This document shows positions 19,344 to 29,711 of a stretch of DNA of 32,000 bases, piece after piece. How positions within the stretch are numbered: the first letter of the stretch is position 1; each line of letters opens with the position of its first letter. The stretch is from Methanococcus maripaludis (lineage in GTDB: Archaea > AGJL01 > Methanococci > Methanococcales > Methanococcaceae). The stretch covers positions 300,001 through 332,000 of the forward strand of contig NZ_CP026606.1 in NCBI RefSeq assembly GCF_002945325.1, in the 5' to 3' direction. The notes beneath the pieces were generated by a model. That model made no database searches and was not told where the DNA came from. It was given only the letters and a program-made list of their open reading frames with translations. The translations under genes were made by a program, and so were the position numbers.

Positions 19344-21107
19344 TTAGACCTTAGGACTAAGTATTTTTTTCATTTCGCTAAAGCATTGAGCTTTTGGAGT
19401 TGGCTCCTGTCGGTCAGGGAATAATATATTTGTCATGTTTCCTCCAGGAGGTACCATATGCAGTGCTTCTGACGGGTCGATTATGATATCGAGTAAATAT
19501 GGTTTTCCACTGTTTAATGCAGTTTTGAAAGCTTCATTAATATCTTCAGGTTTTTCAACTCTCAAAGCACCGATTCCATAGCTTTCTGCAAGTTTTATGA
19601 AGTCAGGTGTTTCCCCAAGGTGTACTGCACACTGTCTTTTTCCATAGTATAAGTTCTGCCATTGGTAAACCATTCCAAGTGTCCTGTTGTCAAAAATTAC
19701 AACGATAACAGGTATTTCGTATTCTGCAATTGTTGCAAGTTCTTGTGAATTCATTAAAAATCCACCGTCTCCAGTTACAGCAATTACATTTGCATCAGGC
19801 CTTGCAAATTTAGCACCAATTGCCGCAGGGAATCCAAAGCCCATCGTACCCTGACCTCCTGATGAAAGGAAAGATTTTGGAGCGCTTGTTTGGAAATAGT
19901 GTGCCATCCACATCTGATTTTGACCTACATCGGTAGTAAGAACCGTGTTTGTTAAACCGGGATCAACTTCTCTAAGTGCCGCCATCATTTCTTTGATAAC
20001 CTTTTGGGGTTTTATTGGAGTATTGTCAAATTCCATTACAGGCATGGACTTTTTCTGAAGTTTTTTAACATTTTCCATCCATTCTGTTTTATTTACCATT
20101 TCTTTTTTCATCAAATGGATCAGAATATCTTTTAAAATTGCTTTTGCATCTCCAACTATTGGGATATCTACTCCAACATTCTTTCCAATCTCTGCTGGGT
20201 CAATATCTATGTGGATTACCTTTGTGTTTGGTGCAAAGCTTGAAAGATCCCCAGTAATCCTATCTGAAAACCTGCATCCGATTGCAATTAAAACATCGCT
20301 TTCGTAAACAGAATAATTTGAAGCTTGTGTTCCGTGCATCCCAACCATACCTAATGAAAGAGGGTGTTCTTCAGGGAAAACGCCTTTACCCATTAAAGTA
20401 GTACAAACTGGAATTTGAGCATATTCTGATAATTTTATAAGTTCAGGAGTTGCATTTGCAATCTGAACCCCGCCGCCTGCAATAATAACAGGTCTTTGTG
20501 CGATTTTCATTAATTCTGCAGCTTTTTTGATCTGTAAAGGGTGTCCAAATTTCGTTGGTTTATATCCTTGAAGATTAATTTCAGCAGGAATTGGGTATTT
20601 TTCTAAGTCTAAATCATCATCCTGAACATCTTTTGGCAAATCAACATGAACTGCACCGGGCCTTCCCGTTTTTGCAATTTCAAATGCTTTTCTAAATATT
20701 TTTGGAATTTCGCTTGTTTTTTGAATCTGGAAGTTGTGCTTTGTAATCGGCATGAAGATTCCAAGTGCGTCAATCTCTTGGAATGCATCATTTCCTATTA
20801 ATTTTGTTGGAACCTGTCCAGTTAATGCAACAACTGGAGAAGAGTCTGCATGTGCTGTTGCAACTCCTGTAACAAGGTTTGTAGCACCTGGACCAGATGT
20901 AGCAACACATACACCTACATCGCCACTTGCTCTTGCATATCCATCAGCTGCGTGTGCTGCAGCCTGTTCGTGCCTTGTTAAAATGTGTAAAAAGTCACTT
21001 TGATAGAGTGCGTCGTAAAAGGGAAGTAATTGGCCCCCAGGGTATCCGAAAAGGACTTTTACATTTTCTGCTTCTAGGGCCTTCATCATAGCCTCTGCTC
21101 CTTTCAT
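19344..21107 (-). CDS. ilvB: Acetolactate synthase large (catalytic) subunit
   Basis: 587 aa TPP enzyme; [64 protein letters not shown]. Confidence 0.97.
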   Translation of the reverse strand: MKGAEAMMKALEAENVKVLFGYPGGQLLPFYDALYQSDFLHILTRHEQAAAHAADGYARASGDVGVCVATSGPGATNLVTGVATAHADSSPVVALTGQVPTKLIGNDAFQEIDALGIFMPITKHNFQIQKTSEIPKIFRKAFEIAKTGRPGAVHVDLPKDVQDDDLDLEKYPIPAEINLQGYKPTKFGHPLQIKKAAELMKIAQRPVIIAGGGVQIANATPELIKLSEYAQIPVCTTLMGKGVFPEEHPLSLGMVGMHGTQASNYSVYESDVLIAIGCRFSDRITGDLSSFAPNTKVIHIDIDPAEIGKNVGVDIPIVGDAKAILKDILIHLMKKEMVNKTEWMENVKKLQKKSMPVMEFDNTPIKPQKVIKEMMAALREVDPGLTNTVLTTDVGQNQMWMAHYFQTSAPKSFLSSGGQGTMGFGFPAAIGAKFARPDANVIAVTGDGGFLMNSQELATIAEYEIPVIVVIFDNRTLGMVYQWQNLYYGKRQCAVHLGETPDFIKLAESYGIGALRVEKPEDINEAFKTALNSGKPYLLDIIIDPSEALHMVPPGGNMTNILFPDRQEPTPKAQCFSEMKKILSPKV

Positions 21108-21268
21108 GAGATCACCAAGTAATAAAGACGTAATGGATTTAAAATTAATTCGTTTTTAATTTATTAACTCAAAATCTTATATAAATATTATGAAAACATA
21201 AAAATTGTAAGAATTGTTTATTTTAATTATCTCATCAGACATATATTAAATTAATTCAATGTGAAAGT

Positions 21269-22804
21269 ATGATTTTAGGTATCTGTGATGGCCATGCTTC
21301 AAGTGCGTCGTTAATTGATGAAAAAAAAGTAATCTATGCTGCAAGCGAAGAAAGATTTACAAGAAAAAAGAATTTTAGAGGATATCCAGTAAATTCCATA
21401 GATTACGGGTTAAATTCTTTTGTAAGTAATGAGGATAAATTATCGGCAATTACTGTTGGTGGGCAGTTTAGAAAGGGGGGGCGGCTAAAAAAACTTAAAA
21501 TTCTTCAGGAAAATTTAGAAATCCCGATGTATTACTTTAATCATCATTTATGCCATGCTGCAAGCTATAAACTATCAAATTTTAAAGAATGCCTAATTCT
21601 AACAATGGACGGTGGAGGAGATGGACTTTCTTCAACGCTATCTATAGGAAAAGGTTCAAAAATAGAAACGATTGCTCAAAGTGATTTAATCGATTCAGTA
21701 GGCGATTTTTACGCATCAATTACGGAACTACTGGGATTTAAACCAATGGAAGATGAAGGAAAAGTTATGAGTCTTTCAAGTTTTGAATCAAGTGATTCTA
21801 AAATTAATCTCGATACTATTGATTACAACGAAAAAACTAAATCTTTTAAAAATTATCGCGGAGTAATCGGCTCTGAATCTACAAAAGCATTAAAAAGAAT
21901 TTTAGATTATTCAACGCCAAATAATTCATACGATATTCAAATTTCAAAATTTGCTCAAAGTAAATTAGAAGAAGTTGTTTTAAAACTTTTAAAGCAGTTT
22001 GTAAATGAAACAGGGATTAAAAATATTGTATTTAGCGGTGGGGTTGCACAAAACGTCAAATTGAATAAAAAAATAAGTGAACAGGAGTTTGTGGATAATT
22101 TATACGTCCCCCCATTTACAGGGGATGAAGGTTTAGCAATTGGATCGTCGATTTTGTGTTCTAAAAAAGATTTTGATTTAAAAAATACCTATTTAGGTTA
22201 TGAAATTGATAATTATAATGTTGAAAAACTTGTTGAATCAGAAAAAAACTTCAAATTTAAATATGTCGAAGAAAAGGACATTCCTGAAATTATTGGCTCA
22301 TTGATTCTGAATAATAAACTTGTATGCGTTTCAAGACAAAAAATGGAATTTGGACCTCGTGCTCTTGGAAACAGAAGTATATTAGGACTTCCAACAAAAG
22401 AAAATTCGAAAAGACTTGCAAAAACTCTTAAAAGAAATTCATTCATGCCTTATGCTCCAACAATTCTTAATGAATACTCTGAAATTTATTTAAAAAACAA
22501 GTTAGAAAGCCCGTACATGACCATGCTCTTTGATTGTTTTGAATCTAACAAAAAGGATATTGAAGGAACCGTTCATGTCGATGGAACTACAAGAGCGCAA
22601 ACACTAAAAAAAGAATTTAACGAAACATATTACAATATTGTTAATTTTGTAAATGATAAAACAAAAATTCCTGCAGTTTTAAATACCAGTTTCAATTTAC
22701 ATGGTGAACCGATTGTCTGCAGTGAAATCGATGCTATAAATTCATTTAAAAAAGTTGGAGATGCACTTTTACTTGGAAATTATTTGATTGAAAAAATTAA
22801 TTAG
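21269..22804 (+). CDS. NodU/CmcH-type carbamoyltransferase family protein
   Basis: 511 aa; MILGICDGHASSASLIDEKKVIYAASEERFTRKK, NHHLCHAASYKLS, LTMDGGGDG, VFSGGVAQNVKLN, MEFGPRALGNRSIL, FNLHGEPIV. Confidence 0.93.
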   Translation: MILGICDGHASSASLIDEKKVIYAASEERFTRKKNFRGYPVNSIDYGLNSFVSNEDKLSAITVGGQFRKGGRLKKLKILQENLEIPMYYFNHHLCHAASYKLSNFKECLILTMDGGGDGLSSTLSIGKGSKIETIAQSDLIDSVGDFYASITELLGFKPMEDEGKVMSLSSFESSDSKINLDTIDYNEKTKSFKNYRGVIGSESTKALKRILDYSTPNNSYDIQISKFAQSKLEEVVLKLLKQFVNETGIKNIVFSGGVAQNVKLNKKISEQEFVDNLYVPPFTGDEGLAIGSSILCSKKDFDLKNTYLGYEIDNYNVEKLVESEKNFKFKYVEEKDIPEIIGSLILNNKLVCVSRQKMEFGPRALGNRSILGLPTKENSKRLAKTLKRNSFMPYAPTILNEYSEIYLKNKLESPYMTMLFDCFESNKKDIEGTVHVDGTTRAQTLKKEFNETYYNIVNFVNDKTKIPAVLNTSFNLHGEPIVCSEIDAINSFKKVGDALLLGNYLIEKIN

Positions 22805-22814
22805 GAGAATATTT

Positions 22815-23828
22815 ATGATCACAATTGATGGAAGTTATCTTGAAGGCGGAGGGCAGATTGTAAGAACCGCGGTTTCTCTTTCTGCAATAACTAAAAAACC
22901 AGTTAAAATCATAAATATTCGAAAAAACAGAAAAAATCCAGGGTTATCAAACCAACATATCGCTTGTGTATCGGCAGTTTCAAAAATTTGTAATGCAAAA
23001 GTTGAAGGGCTTATAAAAGGCTCTGAAACTTTAGTTTTTTATCCTGGGGAAATTATTTCTAAAAATTTTGAAATAGATATTAAAACTGCGGGAAGCATTT
23101 CTCTTGTTATTCAATCAATACTCCCGATTGCCCTTGCAATAGATAAAAATATTGAAATTACAATAATTGGTGGAACTAATGTCGAATTTTCACCACCAAT
23201 CGATTATATTAAAAATATAACATTGAAATTTTTGGAAAATATAGGAATTAATTCAGAAATAACGATATTAAAACGAGGATTTTTCCCAAAAGGTGGAGGG
23301 ATTGTCAAAATAACGCTAAAACCCTCAAAAATAAATCCATATGAACTAATTGAAAATGAAAATATCGAAATTAAAGGAATTGTTTTCAACCAGAACCTCG
23401 ATGAAAATATTTCAAAAAGAATTAAAAAGTCAGCAAGTGATGAATTATTAAACAGCGGATTTTGCCCAGAAATTAAACTTGAAAAAACAAATGGCGAAAG
23501 TTCAGGTGTTGGAATATTTTTGTATACAAATTATATCGGTTCAGACTGCCTTGGAAAAAAAGGACTTTTATCTGAAGCCGTTGGAAAAACCGCATCTGAA
23601 AAGTTATTTGAAGAATTAACTACAAAAATGGCAATAGATTCGCATTTGGCCGATCAAATAATTCCATTTATGCCTTTTTCAGATATTAAAATAGGCGTTT
23701 CAAAAATTACAAACCATACACTGACAAATATTTATGTTGTCGAAAAATTCTTTGATGTTAAGTATAATATCAAAAAATACGAAGAAAAAAATGCAAACGG
23801 ATACATAATATCCACTAAAGGTGTTTAA
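22815..23828 (+). CDS. rtcA: RNA 3'-terminal phosphate cyclase
   Basis: ORF 22788..23828, ATG 22815 with GGAG; [48 protein letters not shown], final [10 protein letters not shown]. Confidence 0.95.
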   Translation: MITIDGSYLEGGGQIVRTAVSLSAITKKPVKIINIRKNRKNPGLSNQHIACVSAVSKICNAKVEGLIKGSETLVFYPGEIISKNFEIDIKTAGSISLVIQSILPIALAIDKNIEITIIGGTNVEFSPPIDYIKNITLKFLENIGINSEITILKRGFFPKGGGIVKITLKPSKINPYELIENENIEIKGIVFNQNLDENISKRIKKSASDELLNSGFCPEIKLEKTNGESSGVGIFLYTNYIGSDCLGKKGLLSEAVGKTASEKLFEELTTKMAIDSHLADQIIPFMPFSDIKIGVSKITNHTLTNIYVVEKFFDVKYNIKKYEEKNANGYIISTKGV

Positions 23829-23831
23829 ATT

Positions 23832-24248
23832 ATGTATAATTACTTTGAAACTACCGCAGATATTGGGATAATTGCTTTTGGAAAAACTCTTGAAGAATCT
23901 TTTGAAAATTCTGCAAGAGGCTTATCAAATATTATGGTTGATATCGAATCAATTGAAAAAATTGAAAAGCATTCGTTTAAAGTTATTTCTGAAGACCTTT
24001 TCGGGCTTTTATATGACTTCTTAACAGAACTTTTGATACTCCATGATTCGGAGTTGTTAATATTTTCGGAATTTAATGTAAAAATCGAGAAAAACAAATG
24101 TTATGAATTAAGTTGTGTTGCTTTTGGAGATAGGTACTCAAAAGACAAATACGAACCAAAAGAAGAGGTAAAAGCAATTACATATCACAGAATGGAAATA
24201 ATTAAGAACGAAAACTGCTGGAAAACACAGTTTATCGTAGATTTGTAA
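23832..24248 (+). CDS. Archease (RtcB cofactor family)
   Basis: 138 aa; YFETTADIGIIAFGKTLEESFENSARGLSNIM, AITYHRMEI. Confidence 0.93.
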   Translation: MYNYFETTADIGIIAFGKTLEESFENSARGLSNIMVDIESIEKIEKHSFKVISEDLFGLLYDFLTELLILHDSELLIFSEFNVKIEKNKCYELSCVAFGDRYSKDKYEPKEEVKAITYHRMEIIKNENCWKTQFIVDL

Positions 24249-24249
24249 T

Positions 24250-24450
24250 TTAACATTTCATTGAGATATCATATGCAGTATCTGCCCATGAATCCATGAT
24301 AAATCTTGCATTTCTCCGACCAGACTTTTTGATGGCCATTTTTCTTAAAGTAAATATAGTTTCGTCCAATTCTTCTTTGGACATCATTGGAGCTTTTAAT
24401 AACATTTCTACTGCCATTTTATCCATTTTGGAATCTTCTTCCAGACTCAT
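24250..24450 (-). CDS. Small hypothetical protein
   Basis: 66 aa ORF in an otherwise intergenic interval; CGGGGATAATTT precedes ATG at 24450; AT-rich promoter-like DNA upstream. Confidence 0.55.
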   Translation of the reverse strand: MSLEEDSKMDKMAVEMLLKAPMMSKEELDETIFTLRKMAIKKSGRRNARFIMDSWADTAYDISMKC

Positions 24451-24663
24451 AAATTATCCCCGAAAATCTGTCTATCCTGTATAAATTTAAAATATTAATA
24501 TTAATTTTAATAAATTACGTTTATAATAATACTAATTTTAAATATATTATTATGATATATATAAATATCTGTAAAAGATAATATTAAAAAATTCCTGCAT
24601 TCGGTTAGATATATATGTATAAAAGTCGATATAGGAATTGTTTTTAATGGCAAGGGTGAAACT

Positions 24664-25608
24664 ATGGACGTATCAATTATTGGGGCATCAGGCAAAATTG
24701 GGAGTGTTTTATCATTGCTTTTAGCAAAAGAAAGCTACATAAAAAATATTAATTTAATTGCCCGAAATAGTTCCATCAATAAGTTAAAAGGACTTAAAAT
24801 GGACCTTTATGATGCAATGGCCGCCGCGGGACAGGATACTAACATTGACATATGCTGTGACGATGATTTATCATGTACTGCTAACTCAGATATTACCATA
24901 ATTACAGCAGGTATGGCCAGAACTGGAGAGATGTCGAGAATCGACCTTATGAAGGGAAATGCAAAAATTGTAAAAAATTATGTGAAAAATATTGCTAATT
25001 TTGGGGATACTAAAATATTCATGATTTCAAATCCTGTTGACCTGATGACTTACAAAGCACTTATCGAAAGTGGCTATGAAAAAAATCAAGTCTTTGGACT
25101 TGGAACGCACCTTGATTCAATGCGATTTAAAGTAGCAGTTGCAAAACATTTTGAGGTTCACCTTGATGATGTTAGAACAAGGATTGTTGGAGAACATGGC
25201 GACAGCATGGTTCCAGTAATCAGCGCGACTGCAGTAGGTGGAATTCCAATCAAAAGATTGCCAAAATATGAAGATTTCCCGTATGAAAAGATACTTGAAA
25301 GAATTAAAGGTTATGGGCAAGAAATCATAACTTTAAAAAACGGTTCTGAATACGGCCCTGCATCAGCAATTGTAAACATTGTACGATGTATTGCACATGA
25401 TGAAAAACGACTTTTAACCCTTTCTACATACATCGAAGACGAAATCGAGGGTATTGAAGGAGGCTGCTGTATAGGAGTTCCTGTAAAAGTAGGCAAAAAT
25501 GGAATTGAAGAAGTAATCCATATAAAAATGGAAGATAATGAAATTGAAGGATTTAAAAAATCTTTTGAATTAGTTAAAGGATACTGCAGACAGATTGAAT
25601 CTATTTAA
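24664..25608 (+). CDS. mdh: Malate dehydrogenase (lactate/malate dehydrogenase family, archaeal)
   Basis: 314 aa; VSIIGASGKIGSVLSLLLAKE, ITAGMARTGEMSRIDLMKGN, NPVDLMTYKAL, GEHGDSMVPVIS. Confidence 0.92.
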   Translation: MDVSIIGASGKIGSVLSLLLAKESYIKNINLIARNSSINKLKGLKMDLYDAMAAAGQDTNIDICCDDDLSCTANSDITIITAGMARTGEMSRIDLMKGNAKIVKNYVKNIANFGDTKIFMISNPVDLMTYKALIESGYEKNQVFGLGTHLDSMRFKVAVAKHFEVHLDDVRTRIVGEHGDSMVPVISATAVGGIPIKRLPKYEDFPYEKILERIKGYGQEIITLKNGSEYGPASAIVNIVRCIAHDEKRLLTLSTYIEDEIEGIEGGCCIGVPVKVGKNGIEEVIHIKMEDNEIEGFKKSFELVKGYCRQIESI

Positions 25609-26500
25609 TAAATGGGAAGATAGCGTGGAAGTTTCTGAAAGAATAATCATAGGAAATAAAATTTCAAAAATCACGATTGTTGCAAATATTGGCTTATCCA
25701 TTCTAAAAATACTTACAGGAGTATTTGGTAGGAGTAGTGCTTTAATTGCGGATGGAATGCATTCATTTTCTGATATTTTAAGTACAGTTGTGGTTATGCT
25801 TGGATTAAAACTTTCAGAAAAGCCTGCAGATGAATCCCACCCGTATGGTCATGAAAGAATCGAACCTGCATTAACAAAAATTTTAGCGGTAATTTTACTT
25901 GTAACTGCCTTGATGATTTTTTACTGTGGATTAACCACCATTATTGGCGGAAATTACCAAATCCCTGGAAATATAACCATAATTGCGGCTTTGATCTCCA
26001 TTTTTACAAAAGAATGGATGTATAAGTACACCAAAAAAGGTGCTGACCGAATTGAAAGTTCAGCACTCCTTGCAGATGCCTGGCACCACAGATCTGATGC
26101 ATTTTCATCAGTTGGAACATTAATTGGTGTTGTTGGCGCAAAACTTGGGTATCCAATACTTGATCCCATTGCATCAATAGTAATTTCATTATTTATTGCA
26201 AAAATGGCATTTGAAATATATTTCAAAGCATTAAACCAGCTTCTCGATAGGGCGGCGGATTCAAAAACTATTGAAGAAATTAAAAAAATAATTCTTTCGG
26301 TTGACGGTGTTTTGGAGATAGATGTATTAAAAACGAGAATTCATTCAAACAAAATCTATGTTGACGTTGAAATTTCAGTTGATAAAGATTTATCATTAAT
26401 TGAAGCGCATAACATCTCTGAAAACGTCCACTCACAAATTGAAAGAAAATTAAAAAGAGTAAAACACTGTATGGTTCATGTGAACCCGTATTTAAAATAA
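25595..26500 (+). CDS. Cation diffusion facilitator (CDF) family transporter
   Basis: 301 aa; SSALIADGMHSFSDILSTVVVMLGLKLSEKPADESHPYGHERIEP, ADAWHHRSDAFSS; start codon uncertain (TTG 25595 or GTG 25625). Confidence 0.93.
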   Translation: MNLFNKWEDSVEVSERIIIGNKISKITIVANIGLSILKILTGVFGRSSALIADGMHSFSDILSTVVVMLGLKLSEKPADESHPYGHERIEPALTKILAVILLVTALMIFYCGLTTIIGGNYQIPGNITIIAALISIFTKEWMYKYTKKGADRIESSALLADAWHHRSDAFSSVGTLIGVVGAKLGYPILDPIASIVISLFIAKMAFEIYFKALNQLLDRAADSKTIEEIKKIILSVDGVLEIDVLKTRIHSNKIYVDVEISVDKDLSLIEAHNISENVHSQIERKLKRVKHCMVHVNPYLK

Positions 26501-26504
26501 TAAG

Positions 26505-27518
26505 TTAACTTAAACTTCCTACAACCTTTTCAAACATTAATTCGGTCGGATCTTCCAAAGTTATTCCGTTGTTTCTTTTTCCAATATTATCCATTACGTG
26601 ATTTACGATTTCGTCTAAGTCTCTTGTGTGAATCATCCTTTCTTTTTCAATTAGGTAATTATCAACACCCAGAAGTTTTTCAGGATAGCATGAAATCGTT
26701 GGAACTCCCAAAACTGCTGCTTCACGGTTCATCGTTCCGCCAGCTCCAATCATTGCATCTGAATAATAAAGTAAAGATATTGCATCGATTGTTTTTGGAA
26801 CAATTACACCCATTGATACATATTTTTCCCTTTGATCTTCATCTCTTGGAAATGCAACAATATTGCAGTCCATTTGACTCTTTAATTTATCAATTATCAT
26901 TGGAATAATGTCTTTTTTCCCGTTACAGTACGAAGAATTTGGCCTTGGCCTCATTATTGTTATAGGCAATGATTCATCGATATTTAACTTTTCCTTTATC
27001 GATTCATCAATTGAAAAAGAAGAATTTAACCTTGAATTAACATTAGAAACTTCACACGTTCCTTCAAAAGAATCGATGTATTTTCCAAAAGAACTTCCGT
27101 TTAAAACCAGCTTTGTGCCTTCTGGACAGATTATGTCGTTTACAAGGGGGACTGTTAATCTATTCTGTGCACTTGCGTGTTCATTGTCTAAAACAAATAT
27201 TGAATGGATATTCATTCCAAAAGCTACTCTTGGAAGCTCTACTGAGTGTTTTGCAATTGCGATTTTTGGTTCCAACTTCTTTGCAATTTTTGTGAGTTCA
27301 ATTACTCTTTTTGAAGAATTTATGAGCTTTTCTTCTAACGAATCTGCATGGTTTCCAACAGAAATATAATCATAACCATAAATGTCGATTAAATCTTCTA
27401 AACTTTGAAATTTTCTCGCTGTTATATAATATTCAATTCCTTCCCGGTTAAACTTGTCAATTAACTGCGAGAAATAATGAATATGAGGGGAATTTGTTAA
27501 ATCGATCCATACATCCAT
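26505..27518 (-). CDS. DUF354 domain protein (glycosyltransferase/epimerase-like fold)
   Basis: 337 aa; MDVWIDLTNSPHIHYFSQLIDKF, SHAD/N-type motifs, AMIGAGGTMNREAAVLGVPTIS. Confidence 0.88.
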   Translation of the reverse strand: MDVWIDLTNSPHIHYFSQLIDKFNREGIEYYITARKFQSLEDLIDIYGYDYISVGNHADSLEEKLINSSKRVIELTKIAKKLEPKIAIAKHSVELPRVAFGMNIHSIFVLDNEHASAQNRLTVPLVNDIICPEGTKLVLNGSSFGKYIDSFEGTCEVSNVNSRLNSSFSIDESIKEKLNIDESLPITIMRPRPNSSYCNGKKDIIPMIIDKLKSQMDCNIVAFPRDEDQREKYVSMGVIVPKTIDAISLLYYSDAMIGAGGTMNREAAVLGVPTISCYPEKLLGVDNYLIEKERMIHTRDLDEIVNHVMDNIGKRNNGITLEDPTELMFEKVVGSLS

Positions 27519-27660
27519 AAAATCACCAATATATCTCTACTGGATCACTAAAATTATTCTATTTAGCAATAATATTGAATCAAAAAGTTCTTAATAAAGT
27601 AGCACTGTTTTATATATAATTATTGGTATTTGAAATTTATTATCTTTTGTATGGGAGATT

Positions 27661-28638
27661 ATGATTGTTGTAGGGATTGATCACGGCACATCCGGAATTA
27701 CCGCATGTGTGATGGAAAACAAAACTGTAAAATCTATTTTTAAGATGAAAAGAACCGAAATAAACGAAAATTCTTTTTTAAAAGAACTTGAAAAACATGT
27801 TAATTTAAATGAAATCGACCTGATGGGTGTATGCTACTCTATGGGCGATGGAATAGCTAAAATAACGGATATAAAACGGGTTGAAAACAGGGGTGTAATT
27901 AACCTTGAAGGAATTGGAAAAAAAATTGGTGGCGGAACGAAAGTTTATGATGAAATAAAATCATCAGATATTCCAGCAATTGTTATTCCAGGACTTCACA
28001 ATAGCGTAAAAAGTATGGATAAAAGATTTAACGCCCTTTTTTCGCATATTGCATCTCCTGAAAAAATATCCATCTGCTACAATGCATACAAAACGTTTGG
28101 TTTTGAAAATTTCATTCTTTCAGACATTTCTTCAAACACAGTTACGCTTTTAATAAAAGACGGTAAAATATTTGGCGGATTTGATGCTTGCGTTGGTGCT
28201 GTTGGAATATTACACGGGCCCCTTGATCTAGAATTAATTAGAAATATCGATGCAAATAAAATCACTGCAAATGAAGCTTTTTCAAAAGCAGGTGTTGTTA
28301 AAGTTACAGATTCTTACAAAGGCGTTGAAGATACAAAATTTGAAATTATGAATAACTATAAAAAAGACGATAAATGCACTTTGGCAGTTGATTCACTCGT
28401 TTTAAGTGTTTCAATGGAAATAAATTCGTTAATGTTTTTAACACCTGAAAGAAATGTAATTCTTGCAGGATCCATTGGAACATGGGAAAACCCGAACGTT
28501 TCTGAAATGATAAAAGAAAATATCGATGGAAATGTTCTTGTTTTAAATGGGGAAAGTGGTGCAATAGGCAGTGCAATGATTGCAGAAGATATCCTAAATG
28601 GTAAAAAGGAAATTCTTGGAATACCGGTTGATTTTTAA
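27661..28638 (+). CDS. Methanogenesis marker protein 12 (DUF1464-like, ASKHA fold)
   Basis: 325 aa; MIVVGIDHGTSGITACVMENKTVKSIFKMKR, GVCYSMGDGIAKI, GESGAIGSAMIAEDIL. Confidence 0.85.
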   Translation: MIVVGIDHGTSGITACVMENKTVKSIFKMKRTEINENSFLKELEKHVNLNEIDLMGVCYSMGDGIAKITDIKRVENRGVINLEGIGKKIGGGTKVYDEIKSSDIPAIVIPGLHNSVKSMDKRFNALFSHIASPEKISICYNAYKTFGFENFILSDISSNTVTLLIKDGKIFGGFDACVGAVGILHGPLDLELIRNIDANKITANEAFSKAGVVKVTDSYKGVEDTKFEIMNNYKKDDKCTLAVDSLVLSVSMEINSLMFLTPERNVILAGSIGTWENPNVSEMIKENIDGNVLVLNGESGAIGSAMIAEDILNGKKEILGIPVDF

Positions 28639-28694
28639 ATTTTCTAAATTTCCAGTAGATTACACCATAACTATTATATACCACTTTTCAATAT

Positions 28695-28785
28695 ATGGTA
28701 GTTGCCGCTCTTTTAAAACCATGATGATATGAGTGGGCGCCATCCGGATAAAAAAATTTTTTTAAGTGATGAAGGAGGTCATAAT
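28695..28785 (+). promoter_or_regulatory. Putative structured 5' leader of the L7Ae operon
   Basis: TATA-like CTATTATATA at 28671-28680; local GC-rich GTTGCCGCTC and GAGTGGGCGCCATCCGG with complementary arms; GGAGGT before ATG 28786. Confidence 0.4.
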
Positions 28786-29139
28786 ATGGCTGTATATGTT
28801 AAATTTGAAATATCACAAGAACTCGAAGAAAAAACTGCGGAAGTAGTTGCTAACGCTGAAAAAATCAAAAAAGGCGCTAACGAAGTTACAAAAGCAGTAG
28901 AAAAAGGAATTGCAAAATTAGTTGTAATCGCACAAGATGTACAACCTGAAGAAATCGTTGCACACATTCCAGTAATTTGCGACGAAAAAGGAATTGCATA
29001 CTCATACAGTTCAACAAAAGAAGCTTTAGGAAAAGCTGCTGGTTTAGAAGTACCTACATCAGCTATTGCAGTTGTTGCTGAAGGAAGCGCTGACGAATTA
29101 AAAGATTTAGTTGAAAAATTAAATGGATTAAAAGCATAA
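28786..29139 (+). CDS. rpl7ae: 50S ribosomal protein L7Ae
   Basis: ORF 28729..29139, ATG 28786 with GGAGGT; [44 protein letters not shown]. Confidence 0.97.
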   Translation: MAVYVKFEISQELEEKTAEVVANAEKIKKGANEVTKAVEKGIAKLVVIAQDVQPEEIVAHIPVICDEKGIAYSYSSTKEALGKAAGLEVPTSAIAVVAEGSADELKDLVEKLNGLKA

Positions 29140-29178
29140 GTTTAGCAGCTAACAATTAAATAAAATCAGGTGATTTAA

Positions 29179-29409
29179 ATGGCTGATGATATGGTATACC
29201 AGGAAGCAGTGGCTGCTGAAGTTATCCAAGTTAACGGAAGAACAGGAGTTACTGGTGAAATTTTCCAGGTAAGATGCAAAATCTTAGGTGGAAAAGACAC
29301 AGGAAGGATTTTAACAAGAAACGTGAAAGGACCTGTTAAATTAGGCGACCTTATCATGTTAAGAGAAACCGAAAGAGAAGCAAAACAACTCGGTAAAAGA
29401 AGAAAATAA
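29179..29409 (+). CDS. rps28e: 30S ribosomal protein S28e
   Basis: 76 aa; [45 protein letters not shown]. Confidence 0.96.
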   Translation: MADDMVYQEAVAAEVIQVNGRTGVTGEIFQVRCKILGGKDTGRILTRNVKGPVKLGDLIMLRETEREAKQLGKRRK

Positions 29410-29428
29410 TTCCCGCTAGGTGATTACA

Positions 29429-29617
29429 ATGGAATGGAAAACATGTAGCTTTTGTGAAGGCACAATTGAACCTGGATGCGGAAAAAAATACGTTAAAAAA
29501 GACGGTTCAGTTATGCACTTCTGTTCATCAAAGTGTGAAAAAAATTTCAAACTCGGAAGAGTTGGAAGAAAATTAAAATGGACTAACACTTTCAAAAGAA
29601 TTAACAGAGGACAATAA
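29429..29617 (+). CDS. rpl24e: 50S ribosomal protein L24e
   Basis: ATG 29429 with GGTGAT; CSFCEGTIEPGCGKKYVKKDGSVMHFCSSKCEKNFKLGRVGRKLKWT. Confidence 0.96.
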   Translation: MEWKTCSFCEGTIEPGCGKKYVKKDGSVMHFCSSKCEKNFKLGRVGRKLKWTNTFKRINRGQ

Positions 29618-29711
29618 TTCCTCTAAATCTCTTTTAATATTTGTTTTGAATTAAAATTAACTTTTTTGAAAAATATTTTAAAAATTTAAAAAAAAGAAAT
29701 TAGTGTCTTAA

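Noticed and set aside
20734-21003. + strand ORF antisense to ilvB
   Set aside because: Shadow ORF opposite conserved TPP-enzyme coding sequence.
21269-22804. ASKHA-fold gene considered as a KEOPS Kae1 or HypF homologue
   Set aside because: Full-length NodU/CmcH carbamoyltransferase motifs (GVAQNVKLN, MEFGPRALGNRSIL) fit better.
28729-28785. N-terminal extension of L7Ae ([19 protein letters not shown])
   Set aside because: Strong GGAGGT RBS sits before the internal ATG at 28786 and L7Ae normally starts MAVYVKF; the extension is probably leader.
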